Shown one piece after another: positions 11,691 through 24,400 of a DNA stretch of 64,000 nucleotides. Source of the DNA: the human T2T-CHM13v2.0 reference genome, Homo sapiens; NCBI RefSeq assembly GCF_009914755.1, contig NC_060939.1. The stretch is one strand, 5' to 3'. The notes beneath the pieces are model-generated. The model was given only the letters and a program-made list of their open reading frames with translations, ran no database searches and was not told the DNA's origin. Within the stretch, counting starts at the first letter, position 1. Every line of letters begins with the position of its first letter. A program made the translations under genes and the position numbers.

Positions 11691-13519
11691 AATAGTGAGG
11701 CAGGTTTAAAATTGGGGGCAAAAAAGAAATGGGTTTTAGGGTGTAGAAGGGACTTGCCTGATCACTTTTGCTAGAAATAAATGTCCCTCCAAATTAAATT
11801 ACTAATGTCGCACATCAGATCGTATTTAAATCCATTAGAAGATTTTACTGTTCCATTAGAGCTACCCATAGCTGGTGAAGACTCTGCTTATAGTGGAACC
11901 TAGTTTCTCAGTTTTCCATTTATATTTATTTACCTGAGCTTTTTGTAAAGTAGTAAGTACTTGACTGAATTTCTGCTATTTATCAAATGCTTTTTGAATA
12001 GAAATAATGAGTTAATAACATTTAGCCTTTTTTGGTAAATAGTATAAACAAGATAGGGCAAATATGTAAACTACTTAGAACTTTATCTACCTTGCATATT
12101 TTGTACCTCTTATTTGCATATGCATGTCACATGCTCCTTATGTACCATGTGCTATTACTGTGCCGGGGTACTGGGGCTATATTGAGTCTATTTCCTGTCT
12201 TTGTAGACTTGATGGATAATTTGGACAGCATTGTGATATTCCAGGTTTAAGAGTCTTAAGGTTCAAGACTACATTAAATGTTAATGTAGTCCAACATTTC
12301 TTGAACTCTGAAATCCTCTGAGCATCTTTTCATGCACTGGCCTAAAATGTTTTCATAGCCCAGCAAAAGGCTGATTACTTATTTCCCTCCTATTGATTTT
12401 TTTTGAGATGGGGTCTTGCTGTGTTGCCCTGTCTGCTTGTGAACTCCTGACTCCGGTGATCCTCCTGCCTTGGTCTCCTGTTTATGTTTTAAATAGCATT
12501 TCTCAAACCTATTTGAGCAAATAACTTTCCTGTTAATATGTAGTATTCCTTGAAAGAATTGAATTTGTGAGTCCCTAATCTAGACACTTTTAAAGAAGAA
12601 ACAAAACTCAGTAACACATTTGGATAAAAACCTGAATATGTCCATTTTGGGATGAAAGGAAGCAGCTTTGTTTACCATGTTGAATTAAGTGGAAAACATC
12701 TTATTTTAATCATGATTGATAGAAATCTAAATTTGTAAATTCTGATTTTTATGTTTTTTTTACAATGAAAATACATTTTAAATGTCACCATCCCCTTCCC
12801 CATGAAGTCTTCATTACAACTAATTTTGAAAATACTCTCTCATTTATTTATATTATATATGCATATGTTCTACTGTATAATTTTAAATACTTAAATGGGG
12901 TTATCTTTTTGCATTGTTCTGTATCTTTTTTCAGCTTAATAATTTACCTTGCTTATAATTATTGTCAGTGCTTGCGGACCTGCTCTTTATGCATTTTTAA
13001 CCATTGCATAAAGCTGGAATGATGGACATGATTTCTTTAATCACTCCAAATTAGTCATTTAGTTGTTTCCAGTTTTTTAGTATTACAAATAACTCTGCAA
13101 TAAACATGTCTTGGGTATGCATTCTTTTAGTTTAAAATAGTCTTGTTCCTTCAGAAAGTTGCTCAATAATAGACTTAGAAATTCTTTTGTGCTAATTACT
13201 GTAATTGCTCATTTTAAGATCTCCTTTTATTGTTTTCATAGTATATAATCCTAAACTGTTACAACTGAAATAGTCCTTGAGCTAAGAAAGCAATGTGGCT
13301 TAAAGATAGGATTTCTAAATAGAGACTTAAAAATTAACCTTTTTGGAGCTGTGACTTCCTGATGAAGTGGCAGCACACAGGCTGAATATGTTCTACATCT
13401 GGATGGCCCAACATCATGATGCTGTGATTTGCGAGAAGCTCTCTGCCTGCCTAGGCTGCTGGAGGATGGCAAGTTAATTTATTTGTTGTTGGGAGACCTC
13501 CCCCTGCCCCCATTAAAAA

Positions 13520-14100
13520 AATTATTTTGAAATACTTGTAGATTCACATGCAGTTTCAAGAAATAATAAAGAGTAATTCCATGCACCATTTTCCTCCAAT
13601 AGTAACATTTTGTGAAACTAGTACAGTATCACAGCTAGGATATTGACGTTAATATAGTAAGGATATATGTCATCACCACAAAGGTACACCTACTTCCCTT
13701 CTATCTCTCCTCTCTCCTTCATGCCTGGTTACAAACTAACCTGTTCTCTCTATATAAAATTTTATCATTTAATAATGTTCTGTAAATAGACTCATAGTAT
13801 GTAACCTTTTGGAACTGAAGTTTTTCCATCAGCATAATTCCTTATAGATTCATTCAGGTTGCTGTGTTTATCAATAGTTTGTTTCTTTTTATTGCTGAAT
13901 GGTATTCTGTGGTGTAAATGTACTACATTCCATGAGCATGGCATGTCCCTCCATTTATTTAGTTTTTCTTTGATTTACTTCATTAGCATTTTGTAGTTTT
14001 TGTAGTCCTGTGTATGTTTTGGTAGAGTTACACCCTAAGTATTTAATTTCTTTGCTCATTGCCAGTATATAGAGATACAACTTATTGAACTCACTTTTTA
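13520..14100 (-). mobile_element. Old L1 (L1MB/MC-like) fragments
   Basis: TTATTTTGAAATA..TGTAGATTCACATGCAGTT; TTTTTATTGCTGAATGGTATTC; CCATGAGCATGG...TCCATTTATTTAG. Confidence 0.7.
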
Positions 14101-14282
14101 GTTTATGCTAGTTTATTACTAATTATCAATACATGCTCAAGATATGTCAACTCCTTTTATTTTTATTAGGTGTCACTTGCTACATTTTGTGGAGAATACC
14201 GATGCTGTTGCTAGAAAGTGCTGCTGTCACAAAGTGGGTTTATAGATAGTACCACGCTATCCTTCTTCCTAGGCTAGATTAG

Positions 14283-14625
<343 letters not shown>

Positions 14626-14816
14626 CCTGAATCCTATTTTTAAGTATAAAAAGTCTTTTTTCAGCTCTGGATTATGGTGCTGCAAGCTGATATTCTTCTC
14701 ATGGCAGTAAACAGAGAAGTCCTAGGGGTAATCTTACCCCTCTGGGGAGTCCAGGATATCTGAGCATCTCCCTTTTCTTTTTACTGCTAGAAAGAATTTC
14801 TGCTAGTAGAATTTTT

Positions 14817-14893
14817 ATTTTGGCCAACTCTGACCCCTTAGGTTGATGTCAGAATGAGGTGTACCAACCTAGGTGGTCAGAGTTGGCCAAAAT
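14817..14893 (+). ncRNA. MIR4714: microRNA 4714 precursor (5p 14826-14847 AACTCTGACCCCTTAGGTTGAT; 3p 14864-14885 CCAACCTAGGTGGTCAGAGTTG)
   Basis: 77-nt hairpin with a perfect 19-bp basal stem ATTTTGGCCAACTCTGACC/GGTCAGAGTTGGCCAAAAT; both arms match recalled hsa-miR-4714-5p/-3p sequences. Confidence 0.92.
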
Positions 14894-15020
14894 ACACATT
14901 TTCCTGCTGAGCAATTTAGTCTAGGTTAAGTCATACTTGACCATATGCCCTAGTTTAGCGTCCAGTTTGTGAACATTCTTTACCTGAGTTATTGTAATTC
15001 TAATCTCTTATGTAAAACTG

Positions 15021-15340
15021 CAGGTAGTCAGCCCTTTGTCTCCTTCAGTTCTACATCTGCGGATTCCTTCAACTACAGATTAAGAATATTTGGGGGGAAA
15101 AACAGTAAAAAAAAATTACAATACAACAATAAAGACAACAAATTTAAAAACTAGTATAACAACTTTTTATACAGCATTTGTATTGGGTATTGTAAGCTAG
15201 AGATGGCTGAAAGTCTATGAGACGATGTGCATACGTTATATGCAAGCGCTGCCATTTTATTGCAGAGACTTGAGCATCCAAGGATTTTGTATCCGTGGGA
15301 GTCCTGGAACCAATCCCCCTTGGATACTGAGGGATGACTG
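15021..15340. mobile_element. MER2-family (TcMar-Tigger) MITE
   Basis: GACTTGAGCATCC..GGATTTTG.TATCC...GTCCTGGAACCAATCCCCC..GGATACTGAGGGATGACTG|TA. Confidence 0.85.
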
Positions 15341-17943
15341 TATTTACAACATGTCTAGATTTTCGACAACTTGAATTAAACCAGAAAGAATATGAACACA
15401 CAGAAGTTCATGTGTATATATATATGTGTATGTGTTTAGAAGGGAGCAAGCTGTTAAACATGGGAAATAGTTGCTAGTAGTTTGTAATTTTATGATTACA
15501 ATTTTAAAATTCAATTTTGCAACTGGAATTTGACTTGATTGGTTAGTGCCTTACAGTAATTAACCTCCAAATCATCAGAATGTCATCTTGTTATTTAGGT
15601 AATTGAATCTACTTTTCTTGTATACAGAATGCTTTTTGGAAACAATACACTGTATATCTAGTTTGTACCAAGAACTAATTGTACACAGTCAGATACTTGC
15701 AGTTCTTTTGGACTTGAGTTTCTTTATCCTTCTATCAGATGTCACAATTCCCTCTTCCCTTTGTAGCATATGAAAGTAGTTGTGTGTGCACTGTATTTGA
15801 GAATGTCAAGTAATAGAATCTCTAGAAAACATTCATGATTTCAGTCCCAGGTAATCCAGAGTTAAAAATAATGTTCATAAGGAAGGGTAGCAAAATTTAG
15901 ATTTTAATACTTATAGGAGGTGTGTTAATTGGCCCCAGGGCCGCAGGCTTTAGCGTTCAGAGGACTTTAGCCCCAAAGGTTTTGTGGAACTTTTCCAGAG
16001 TCCTCACCAGTACATTGGGAATAAATGGAATGCCTTTGGAAGTACTTTGAAGATTGAATTCGATAGTGTTGGTAAAGCAGTCTAGCCTGCTGTGATTGTG
16101 CTATTGATGCAAATATTCTCTAGCCTGTATTATTTTTCCTTGGAGCTCAGGAAGTGATCCCCACCCACCTCAAGCAGTAAAGGAAAGAGAGGCAGGAGGG
16201 TCTGACCATGTGAGGTGCCCCAATAAAGCATCTGTATTGTAAATCAGGAATGTAGGTATTGGGTTTCCTTAAAACAAAGCACACCTACGTGACCACTAGC
16301 TGGAGCACAATGTGGGCTCGGTCTGCTGAAAGAGTCAGTTGGTTGCGGCTGTCTAATCCAATTATGGATGGTCCCAGCGCTCAGCCTTTCAGCTGCTGCC
16401 CCTCCCCTGCAGACTCTGCCTCTCTCACCCTCCCTTTTAGGGCTTGGTCTGTGGCTACCCCAGAAATCACGTGCACTCCTAGGCTTCAGCGAGTACAGCC
16501 TTGTTAATCTCAGACATGGAAAGCAAGTTGCCTAGGTCTACAGATGAGTATTCAGTTTCCCCACCAGTTGACCTCAGTGCAGGTTTTGTTGGTTCCAGTC
16601 ATTTGGGGTCAGCACCTGTTTGAAGCCAGGACACTTAGAACAAGGTGGAGGAAAACCTGAGGGTACATACAGTGTGGTTTCCTTGGCTCATCTAATGCAG
16701 AGTCAGAATGATTAGCCACATTGCAAATTGTCTTTACTCAGTGGTTTAATTGTTAACCAGGGAGTTAATTTTTTTTTTTTATTAAACAAAGAAGAAAACA
16801 CCTCTAGATTTTTCTGGGACAGATGGCCCCATTGAAAGAGGCCATGTGCTGCAGCGAATGGCCAGGCCTCGGGTGTGGCAAGTGCCTTCCAGCTCAGTGC
16901 TTGCTTTGTGCTCCTTTGCCTATTTGAAGACGTGGATGAATCAAAATCTATAAGCCTATTTCAGTCAAGTATTCTAAGGAACCTGGAAACACAGGGGATT
17001 TCTCTGTTGCCTCTAATACAGTGAAAAACCACTGTCTTTTTTTGTTGTTGTTGTTGCATTGGGGGAAGAAAGTCCAGGTTTGCATGTACATTTTCACTCA
17101 TAGGATTTTTTTTTAGAATAGTTTGGGGAGGACATTGTGCTCTGGCCAATAACTGGGCCAGTGTCTGGTCACAAGATGATCAGGCAGGTGCCTGCATGAC
17201 TGTAGGACAGAGAACTGGGCAGCTAGAGAGCCTGTGTGGAACGTGAAGCCTTTCCCCACTTTGTTGCCGTCCTAACCTTTTCTCAAGTCATGGAGAATTG
17301 ATCCTTAGACATTCCTTACCTCTCTCACCCACTTGAGGATTGCTCAGAGCCTGGGTTTCGGATTGAAATAGCACTATTTCTGGTTGGTGACGACATTCTG
17401 TGAGCCAGCAATGTAGTTTAAATATCCACAAGAGCGCCCTGGTTCCATCAGCGCCCCTTCGTAATTGGTCATGAGACTTGGACCTCCTTCGGGGCTGGGA
17501 CTCGGGCAAGGGAGTTGAGTAGAGCTTCTCTTTCTGGGCTCCTGGGAAGGATTCATGGCATAAAAGTGGGACTTCAGCATTCTCTGGGCACACCTGTCTC
17601 TGTTTTTGTCCTCTCCTGAATCTTTCTGGCCTGCAGAGCAGAATAAAGTCACTCTGTGCCAACCTGACTTTTGTTCATGACTATATTAGGGGCATGGATA
17701 GAAAGTGCCCCCATAGCACTCTCAGATAAAACACCTTCAAACAAACCCAGAAACCCATGCTCACAAAACCACCCACCTTAAATTATGAAACTTTCAGGCT
17801 GACTAAATCCTGAAGGCGTTGGAGCGTGAGCAAAGGGAAAATGGTGACACAGAGCTTTGCCCTTCCTAATCCAAATGAAAAGCTCTGTAACCCTCCCCCC
17901 ACCTTTGCTATCAAGAAATGTTGGACCTTTGGGAAGCAGATGT

Positions 17944-18071
17944 AGAGTATTGATCCTTAAAACAGAGACCTCTCACCCTAGGTCTCTTAAAACAGAGACC
18001 TTAAAACAGAGTATTGATCCTTAAAACAGAGACCTCTCACCCTAGGTCTCTTAAAACAGAGACCTCTCACC
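17944..18071. repeat. Complex nested micro-duplication (57-bp unit x2 at 64-bp period; CTTAAAACAGAG x5)
   Basis: 17944-18000 is identical to 18008-18064; the 12-mer starts at 17956, 17986, 18000, 18020 and 18050. Confidence 0.95.
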
Positions 18072-18125
18072 ACTTTCTAACTGAAGTGGGTTCCACATTG
18101 GAAGTACTTTGCAGAAACTTCTATT

Positions 18126-18153
18126 ACCGCAATTACTTTTGCACCAACAAATA
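18126..18153. mobile_element. Half MADE1 / Hsmar1 TIR
   Basis: ACCGCAATTACTTTTGCACCAAC matches the 3' TIR of MADE1. Confidence 0.85.
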
Positions 18154-18425
18154 GTATCCTCAACTCAGAAGGAAAGAATTGGAACACTCAGCTGGAGGTG
18201 TCTGGTAGGGACATGTGTCTGCTTTTTGAATCAGTCGTATATGTTTTTGTTCCTGTGCCTGGAGGCCCTTTGTGGTGTGAGAACATTGAATTTGGAGAGG
18301 GAAAGGGAGACAAAAGAGAAATGGGGGTGATGCTTAAGGGAAAGTAGGGTTTTTAGTTTGTTCACCACGCTTGATGGCAGATTTGCCTCTGGATCCTCAG
18401 GCCACGTTCCTATGGTGGGTAGGGA

Positions 18426-18476
<51 letters not shown>
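18426..18476. repeat. Compound microsatellite (TC)~11(TG)~14
   Basis: Read directly from the sequence. Confidence 0.98.
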
Positions 18477-18480
<4 letters not shown>

Positions 18481-21400
18481 AGTGATTTCTCTAAGTTAAT
18501 AAAGAATGTGGGGTGACCTCCTACACATGCCCGTATGCTATTGTGTAGGAACAAATGCATGGTAGGAATGGGTAGACTCTAATCTGAAAGCATCAAGTTG
18601 TATGCATCTTCTGCAATTAGGAATCTGCTCACCAGCACGAGTGCTGTGGTTTCTGTAGTTCTGGGATTCAGAGGAGCATTTTAAAGATGTAGGATGTTAG
18701 AGGAGGAGGTGCAGGGATCTCCCCTTGGGTAAAGAGTGGGAGACAGTCTCTGAGTCATAATCTGGGACCAGTGGAAGGTCAAAGGGAAGAACTGTCCTGT
18801 TGTCTGCTAAGTCACAGGCTTCCTTCCTGTTCTCTGAGCCCTGTCACTTACCCAAGGTGCAGCAACAATTAGTGTCTGTTTACACATAACAGACATCTCT
18901 TTCATAAAATAATTTTTAAGGCATTTGTTTGGTAGAAGCTTCCCTGTTTGGGGGAGTCTTTTCCCTGAATGCATGTAAATAACTTCACAGTTTGCGCAAG
19001 TTTGCAAACGGTCTATACTGCTCAGCCTTGATTGGGCTACCCAAGGATGCGCCCGCCCTGCTGAGGTCTGACAGCTCTGGGAGGCCAGTGAGGCCTGTCC
19101 TAATCCCTGTTCTGGCCGGTGATTCAGCTCCAGGTGGAGGCTGTGCAGAAACAGCCCCGGTCATCTTTGTGTGAAATACATTTGTCGTCTTCATTTTCTT
19201 TTTTCTTCTGCTGGTATCTTCATGGTTTTCAGCAAAACTGTGTACATTACATTTTTTTCTTTACCATTTCTCCGTAGTTATTTCTAGCATTTTTTTTTCA
19301 GCTGATGAAAGCAAATGAAGAATTTTTATGCTCCATAGTCAGTCAAACATTGATTTCTCTGACTTTTAACTTAGAAAGTCATTTTGCAGTGGCTTGCGTG
19401 TGTGTATTTAGACTGTGCTTCTACAAAAAAGCACACGTAGGCTTATGGCTCAGTTTACTTGTTCCAGCTCACTTTCCTGTTCATTTACCTTCTTGTAAAA
19501 TGGAAAGACAAACATACCTTAAACTTAACTCAGATCGTGATTGCCAACTTTGTTCTCTGTGTGTAAGTAGTTATATTATTCCTAGGTTATGGCATCTTGA
19601 TTTATCTTTGAAAGAAGAAAACCCTCACTGAGTTGACAGGGACACATTGTTCTAGGCTTCTACAATTGTGCTGATGACGCTTTTTCCCATTGGAATGACA
19701 GGGATGATAAGGTCGGCTGGCTAGCCTTTTTTTAAAATGTAGAAAACCACAACTTTAATTTATAGCATCATCATTTTCCTTATGTATGTAGTATGTTTCA
19801 AAAATAATCCAATGTCAGATTCTTGCTTCTGTGATCAAGGTCTTGTTTTTGCCCTTTCTTTGCTCACCACCTCCCTGCCCCTGACGCCGAGTCCTCGCCT
19901 TAGAGGAGGTGGTCAGCTTATATTGCAACATTGAAAATGTTATACCTTACAAAGAAGGTGATATGCCATTTCTTAATTATAATGATGTGCAACAGTGACT
20001 TCTGATGTAGACCTTTAACATTGGGCCACGCAGCTTTTTCTTTGGAGGAGGGGCATTTCAAATTGGATGATGCTCTTATAGTTTAATAAAGAAACAAGCA
20101 AACAAAATAGGCTATACAGGGCATGTGTTCTTAAACTCTGTGACAGTGGAGGTGAACCCAGGGCCCTTTCATGGCCTTGGGAGGGTCCTCAGCTTTGGGG
20201 GCGAGTTATCTGGGTGGAAAAGCACCATGGGAGGAAGAAGTCAGAGAGGCGGGTTGCTGGAGCTCAGAGAATAAAAGCAAGTCTCTGCCCTGAAAATGGC
20301 CCTGATTTGCTTCAGATGTACTCTGTCTGCCAACATTTAGTGTCTGTGACTTAGCCAAAGGAAATGTACATTAACTGTTCAGTTTCTATGTAGTTTGTGC
20401 TCTAGGATTTTGCCTCCGGAGGATTTCTGTGAAGGAAGCTCTGTTCAAGTGGCTCTGTTCCACTTGGGTTTGGAAAGAGGCCGGGACAGGTGATTTCGAA
20501 GGAAGGATGAGGACAATGGAGGAGATGGGCTTGGTCATTGCAGTGTGTGAGGTGGCCCAGCTTATCTGGCATTTTGGGGTACTATATGTGCCATATGAGG
20601 TGGGTATGGGTGTTTGAAGGGAAAGGGGGTGGCCTGGGCAACTTGTGTCCTTGCCTAGAAAGATCATCACTCTTTTTATTTAAAAGAAACATGTGAAAGA
20701 GCCATCAGGGATAGTTTTGTCCTCCCTCTTCTTACAAGTGATCATTCCCTTGGTAGGGCAGTGCCAGACCCTGCTTGTGAGCACAGAAAACGCCATAAGC
20801 TCCTCATGAAAGCATGTCTGGGGAAGCTTATCTCAAATGCAGTTTGCACTTGCAAAGGTCCTGTGGTATAGCGGGGGAGCAGGGGAGATGGAGTCTGGGA
20901 GCGGTGAAGGCTGGGTCACTAGCTGGCTTTGTAGCCTCTGGGCGTGTTGTTTTTATCCTCAGAGGGGCCACTGCACCTGCTCCATGGTCTCTTCCCACAG
21001 CAGACCCTTCTGTCTCTGTGCCTCGAGGGGCTATGTGGAAAGCAGAGAAAGACTCAACCAGAGTCTTCCCTTAAGGAAATCGGAAGGAAAACAAAATTAA
21101 CGGCATTAGAACTGAGTATGTATTAAAACTTCTACTGTCTTACAAAATTTAGTTTTCTTTCTTATTTTTCTTTCCATGTTGACTCAGTAGGTAAATGGAC
21201 TAAACACACATTCATTTAGGGCAGGAAGAACTTCATCATTTGATTACCTTTAGTTCATTTACCTTATAATGCCTAAAACAAAGCAGAAAGTGACGTTGGT
21301 TAATCAAAAAGATCACTTTCTTTTTTGTGTTCTTTTGTGCTATTGTGAGATGCCTCTTCTCCAGCAAGCTGTAGTTGTTCACAAAGTAAAGCTGTTCCTA

Positions 21401-24400
21401 AGCCTTCATTAGATTGAAGCTTGTCCCAGACTTTCTTTAAAGAAGTTTGCATAGCTTAGTTCATGCTCAGATGATTCAGTGATGATGATGGGTTGTTGGT
21501 TAGAAATTACTTAAAAATGCCTAATACATTATTGACTGATAAATGTTAAGACATATTCTTTAAGGGTCTAAATCCTATTCTTGTGGAGCTGCAAAGATCT
21601 TGGGGGTGTGGTTGCCCTTGTCTGTTGCATCATCTTTCAAATGCAACAGCTGTAATGATATTCTGTATCTTGAAAAACTTAAAAAAGCAACAACTAACTT
21701 ATTTGTATCTTTTCCTCTAATATTTAGTTTTTACTTCACTTGTAACTTATTACATGTATTAAGGAGTTTATTTTTATATGACATTTTACTCATAAAAGGA
21801 TGAAACCAAGATTGGTGATCTGTTCACATAGATTAAAATCCTGTTTGTGACCACTTAGGTGTGTAATGTGTGACTTGTGGACTGTGTCAGAGGAAGATTT
21901 TCCAACCAAAAGTACCCATTGGTATCACAGATGAAAAGTCCTTATACCATCTGAAAAAAAGTAGAAGGTGGGGAGAAGCTTGAAAACCTAAGGAGGCCAT
22001 TAGGAAAGGCTGTATATTTTCTGATTCCGTTTAAAATTTTAAGTTGGTGAAAATACTATGTGATCGAAGGATGAACATATTTTAGTAAATAGAGTTATAG
22101 TGCTACAATGAGATAAATTTCACAGGTAAATGTGACGTAGCTAATGCATAATCATTCTTTGTGTTGCATGGCAATTCTGTACAAATGGAAGGTAGCATGT
22201 TTAACGTCCCTGTTATTTCACATAAATACAGACTGAGAGTTTCAGTGGTCTGGTTTGAAAGGGAAGAAATAGAAGAAGGAAGGAGAGAAGTTGGCAGAGG
22301 AGCAATCTGCTCTAATATCCTCCAGTACACAATCTAGCTATAGGTCCTCACCTGGCAGGGTTTGAGGATCAGAATGGTGGCTCAGGTTTAGACAATTCTC
22401 CCTGTTTGTGGGGCCCAGCAGCTAGTTAAGAGAAAAATCTTTTTTCCTTCCCTATTACCCTATAAGGTCCCCAAATTCATTGTATGTAGAATACTTGAGT
22501 CAGAATAACTTTCCTAACACTTAGGTTTCAGGTTTGTTAGGTATGCCTGACAGCTCTCTTATCAACTCCCATTTATTTGCTAATCTAAATGAAAGTTTGA
22601 TGGTAGAGTATTGTAAATGTAGGGAAGGTGAAGTGTTCACCTTCAGATGGTAGCTATTTATCTCAGCAAGAAGAGCAGATGACTAACACCCAAATACATA
22701 ACCATTATTATATGACTTAGCATTTATAAGGCATTTCTATGCATCCTGAGAGACTAGAGCACTCTCAAATGAGGTTTCAGAGTAAGATTCATCTTTGCAA
22801 ATGAAGACAAATTAGCAAAATCTTCCTATTTTTAAAGTGTGCCTTTTGATTTGATACCTATTTATTTGTTTGGAAAGAAGCTTTTAAAATCAAAACCATG
22901 AATCTGTGGTTATCTTCAAAGGATAAATTATGGTAGGTAGTTGTTACCCAGGTTACCATTTTAAGATGATTATGGCTGGCCCAAATTAGGGGATCTTTTC
23001 ATATATGTATTATATATTTTAACTTCAGTCTTTTAAAAATGAATATTCCTAGGTGGCATGGGAGGGTGGGAAGGTCAAAAGCCCAAACTTCTCTTACTTA
23101 TTGGCTGCTTCCTTGAACTTAGCGTTTTTCTTTTGGAAAAGTGAGCTTTTGTTTTTGGATATTTTGTACTGATACTCTGTGCCTACACAGATTTTGTTTT
23201 GGTTCAATAAGAGTTGATATTTTGCCAGGGGTTGCCTCCCATGAGATTCCAAATACAGATGTAAGTTTAACAGGCTTCTGAACTGGATGTTTCTATGCGC
23301 TGAAACTCTGTAAACGCGTGTAGCTTTGTCTACCATTGTATATTGCTGTATTGATTTGTTGGGTTGTTTTTTTTCTTCCTCCTGAAAAGCTCTGGTCTGT
23401 CCTCTGCTGATACAAAGACTGGTCCATTCCCCAGGGTCACTGCAAGAGAACCTCCAGGGCCTGGCCACTGTTAGATATTACTAATCTGTGAAGTTGCTCC
23501 AAATTCTCTTGCCCCGATCATAAAGTTCCATTGAGTTCAATTTTATGTGAAGGTTCTTTGTCAAAAGGAATAAATGTTTATTCAACAGATCCAGTTGTTG
23601 TCAGCATTGACAGATGTGAAAATTAGCAAATAGCAAGAAGTCTCCCCTTTAGAAAAGGAAAACAAGTACTTAAAAAAAATCTTGTGTTGTCAATAAACAA
23701 GTCCATTTTAAAAGCATCTTTGAAGGTGTGTAATGAAAATGGAGGCCTTAGGTTGTATCAGGGTTTATGAGGAGCCAGCTTATATGTAATCAGATGTTCC
23801 TGTTACTGTTATCACTGTAGTATAGGGCTTAGTTCTGCCCTTTAAGTCACAGACTCAAGTTACTCCTGATTTTACCAGCAGTCAGAATACATTTTTCTTT
23901 AAAAGGAAAAGAGACGATATCCCAGTGCTTCTCTATACTAAAACAGGAAGAGAAGCTTCCTTGTTGAAGTGACAGTTTAGATGTTGTTATTTTGACAGAA
24001 ATATTAGTAAATATGTCACATTATCCCTTGCTAAATATTTATAGCATAGAACGTATACTCTGATGCATAATATTTTATGAAAGAAATATCTTTTGCCTCA
24101 AATCCCTTTCACTGTTTTGACATGAATCTATAATTTATACCCAGAGGTCTGCAGGAAAAAGACTTTATTAAGACCCTTTTATTTCAGCCAAGATAAAACT
24201 CCATCCTAAGAGGGAACACCCTGGAATCTTTGAGACCCTTAAAGGTGGGGTATTCTGAAATACCTGTGTTCGTTCCTTTGCTAGAATTTAGATAGCTTCA
24301 CTTTTGCAAAAAGGCACAAAATGAGGGCAATTTTTGATGGAAAATTTTAGTTTTTGAGATGAAGCAGGGGGCACAGTGGCGAAGCGCCCTATCTTAGCAC

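Noticed and set aside
17944-18071. CRISPR-like array or Golden Gate cloning scar (repeated 12-mer, BsaI sites)
   Set aside because: Spacing is irregular, the intervening sequences are themselves repeated, there are no cas genes or vector sequence, and the context is eukaryotic; better explained as a nested duplication.
18100-18160. miR-548-family hairpin
   Set aside because: Only one MADE1 TIR is present, so no fold-back is possible.
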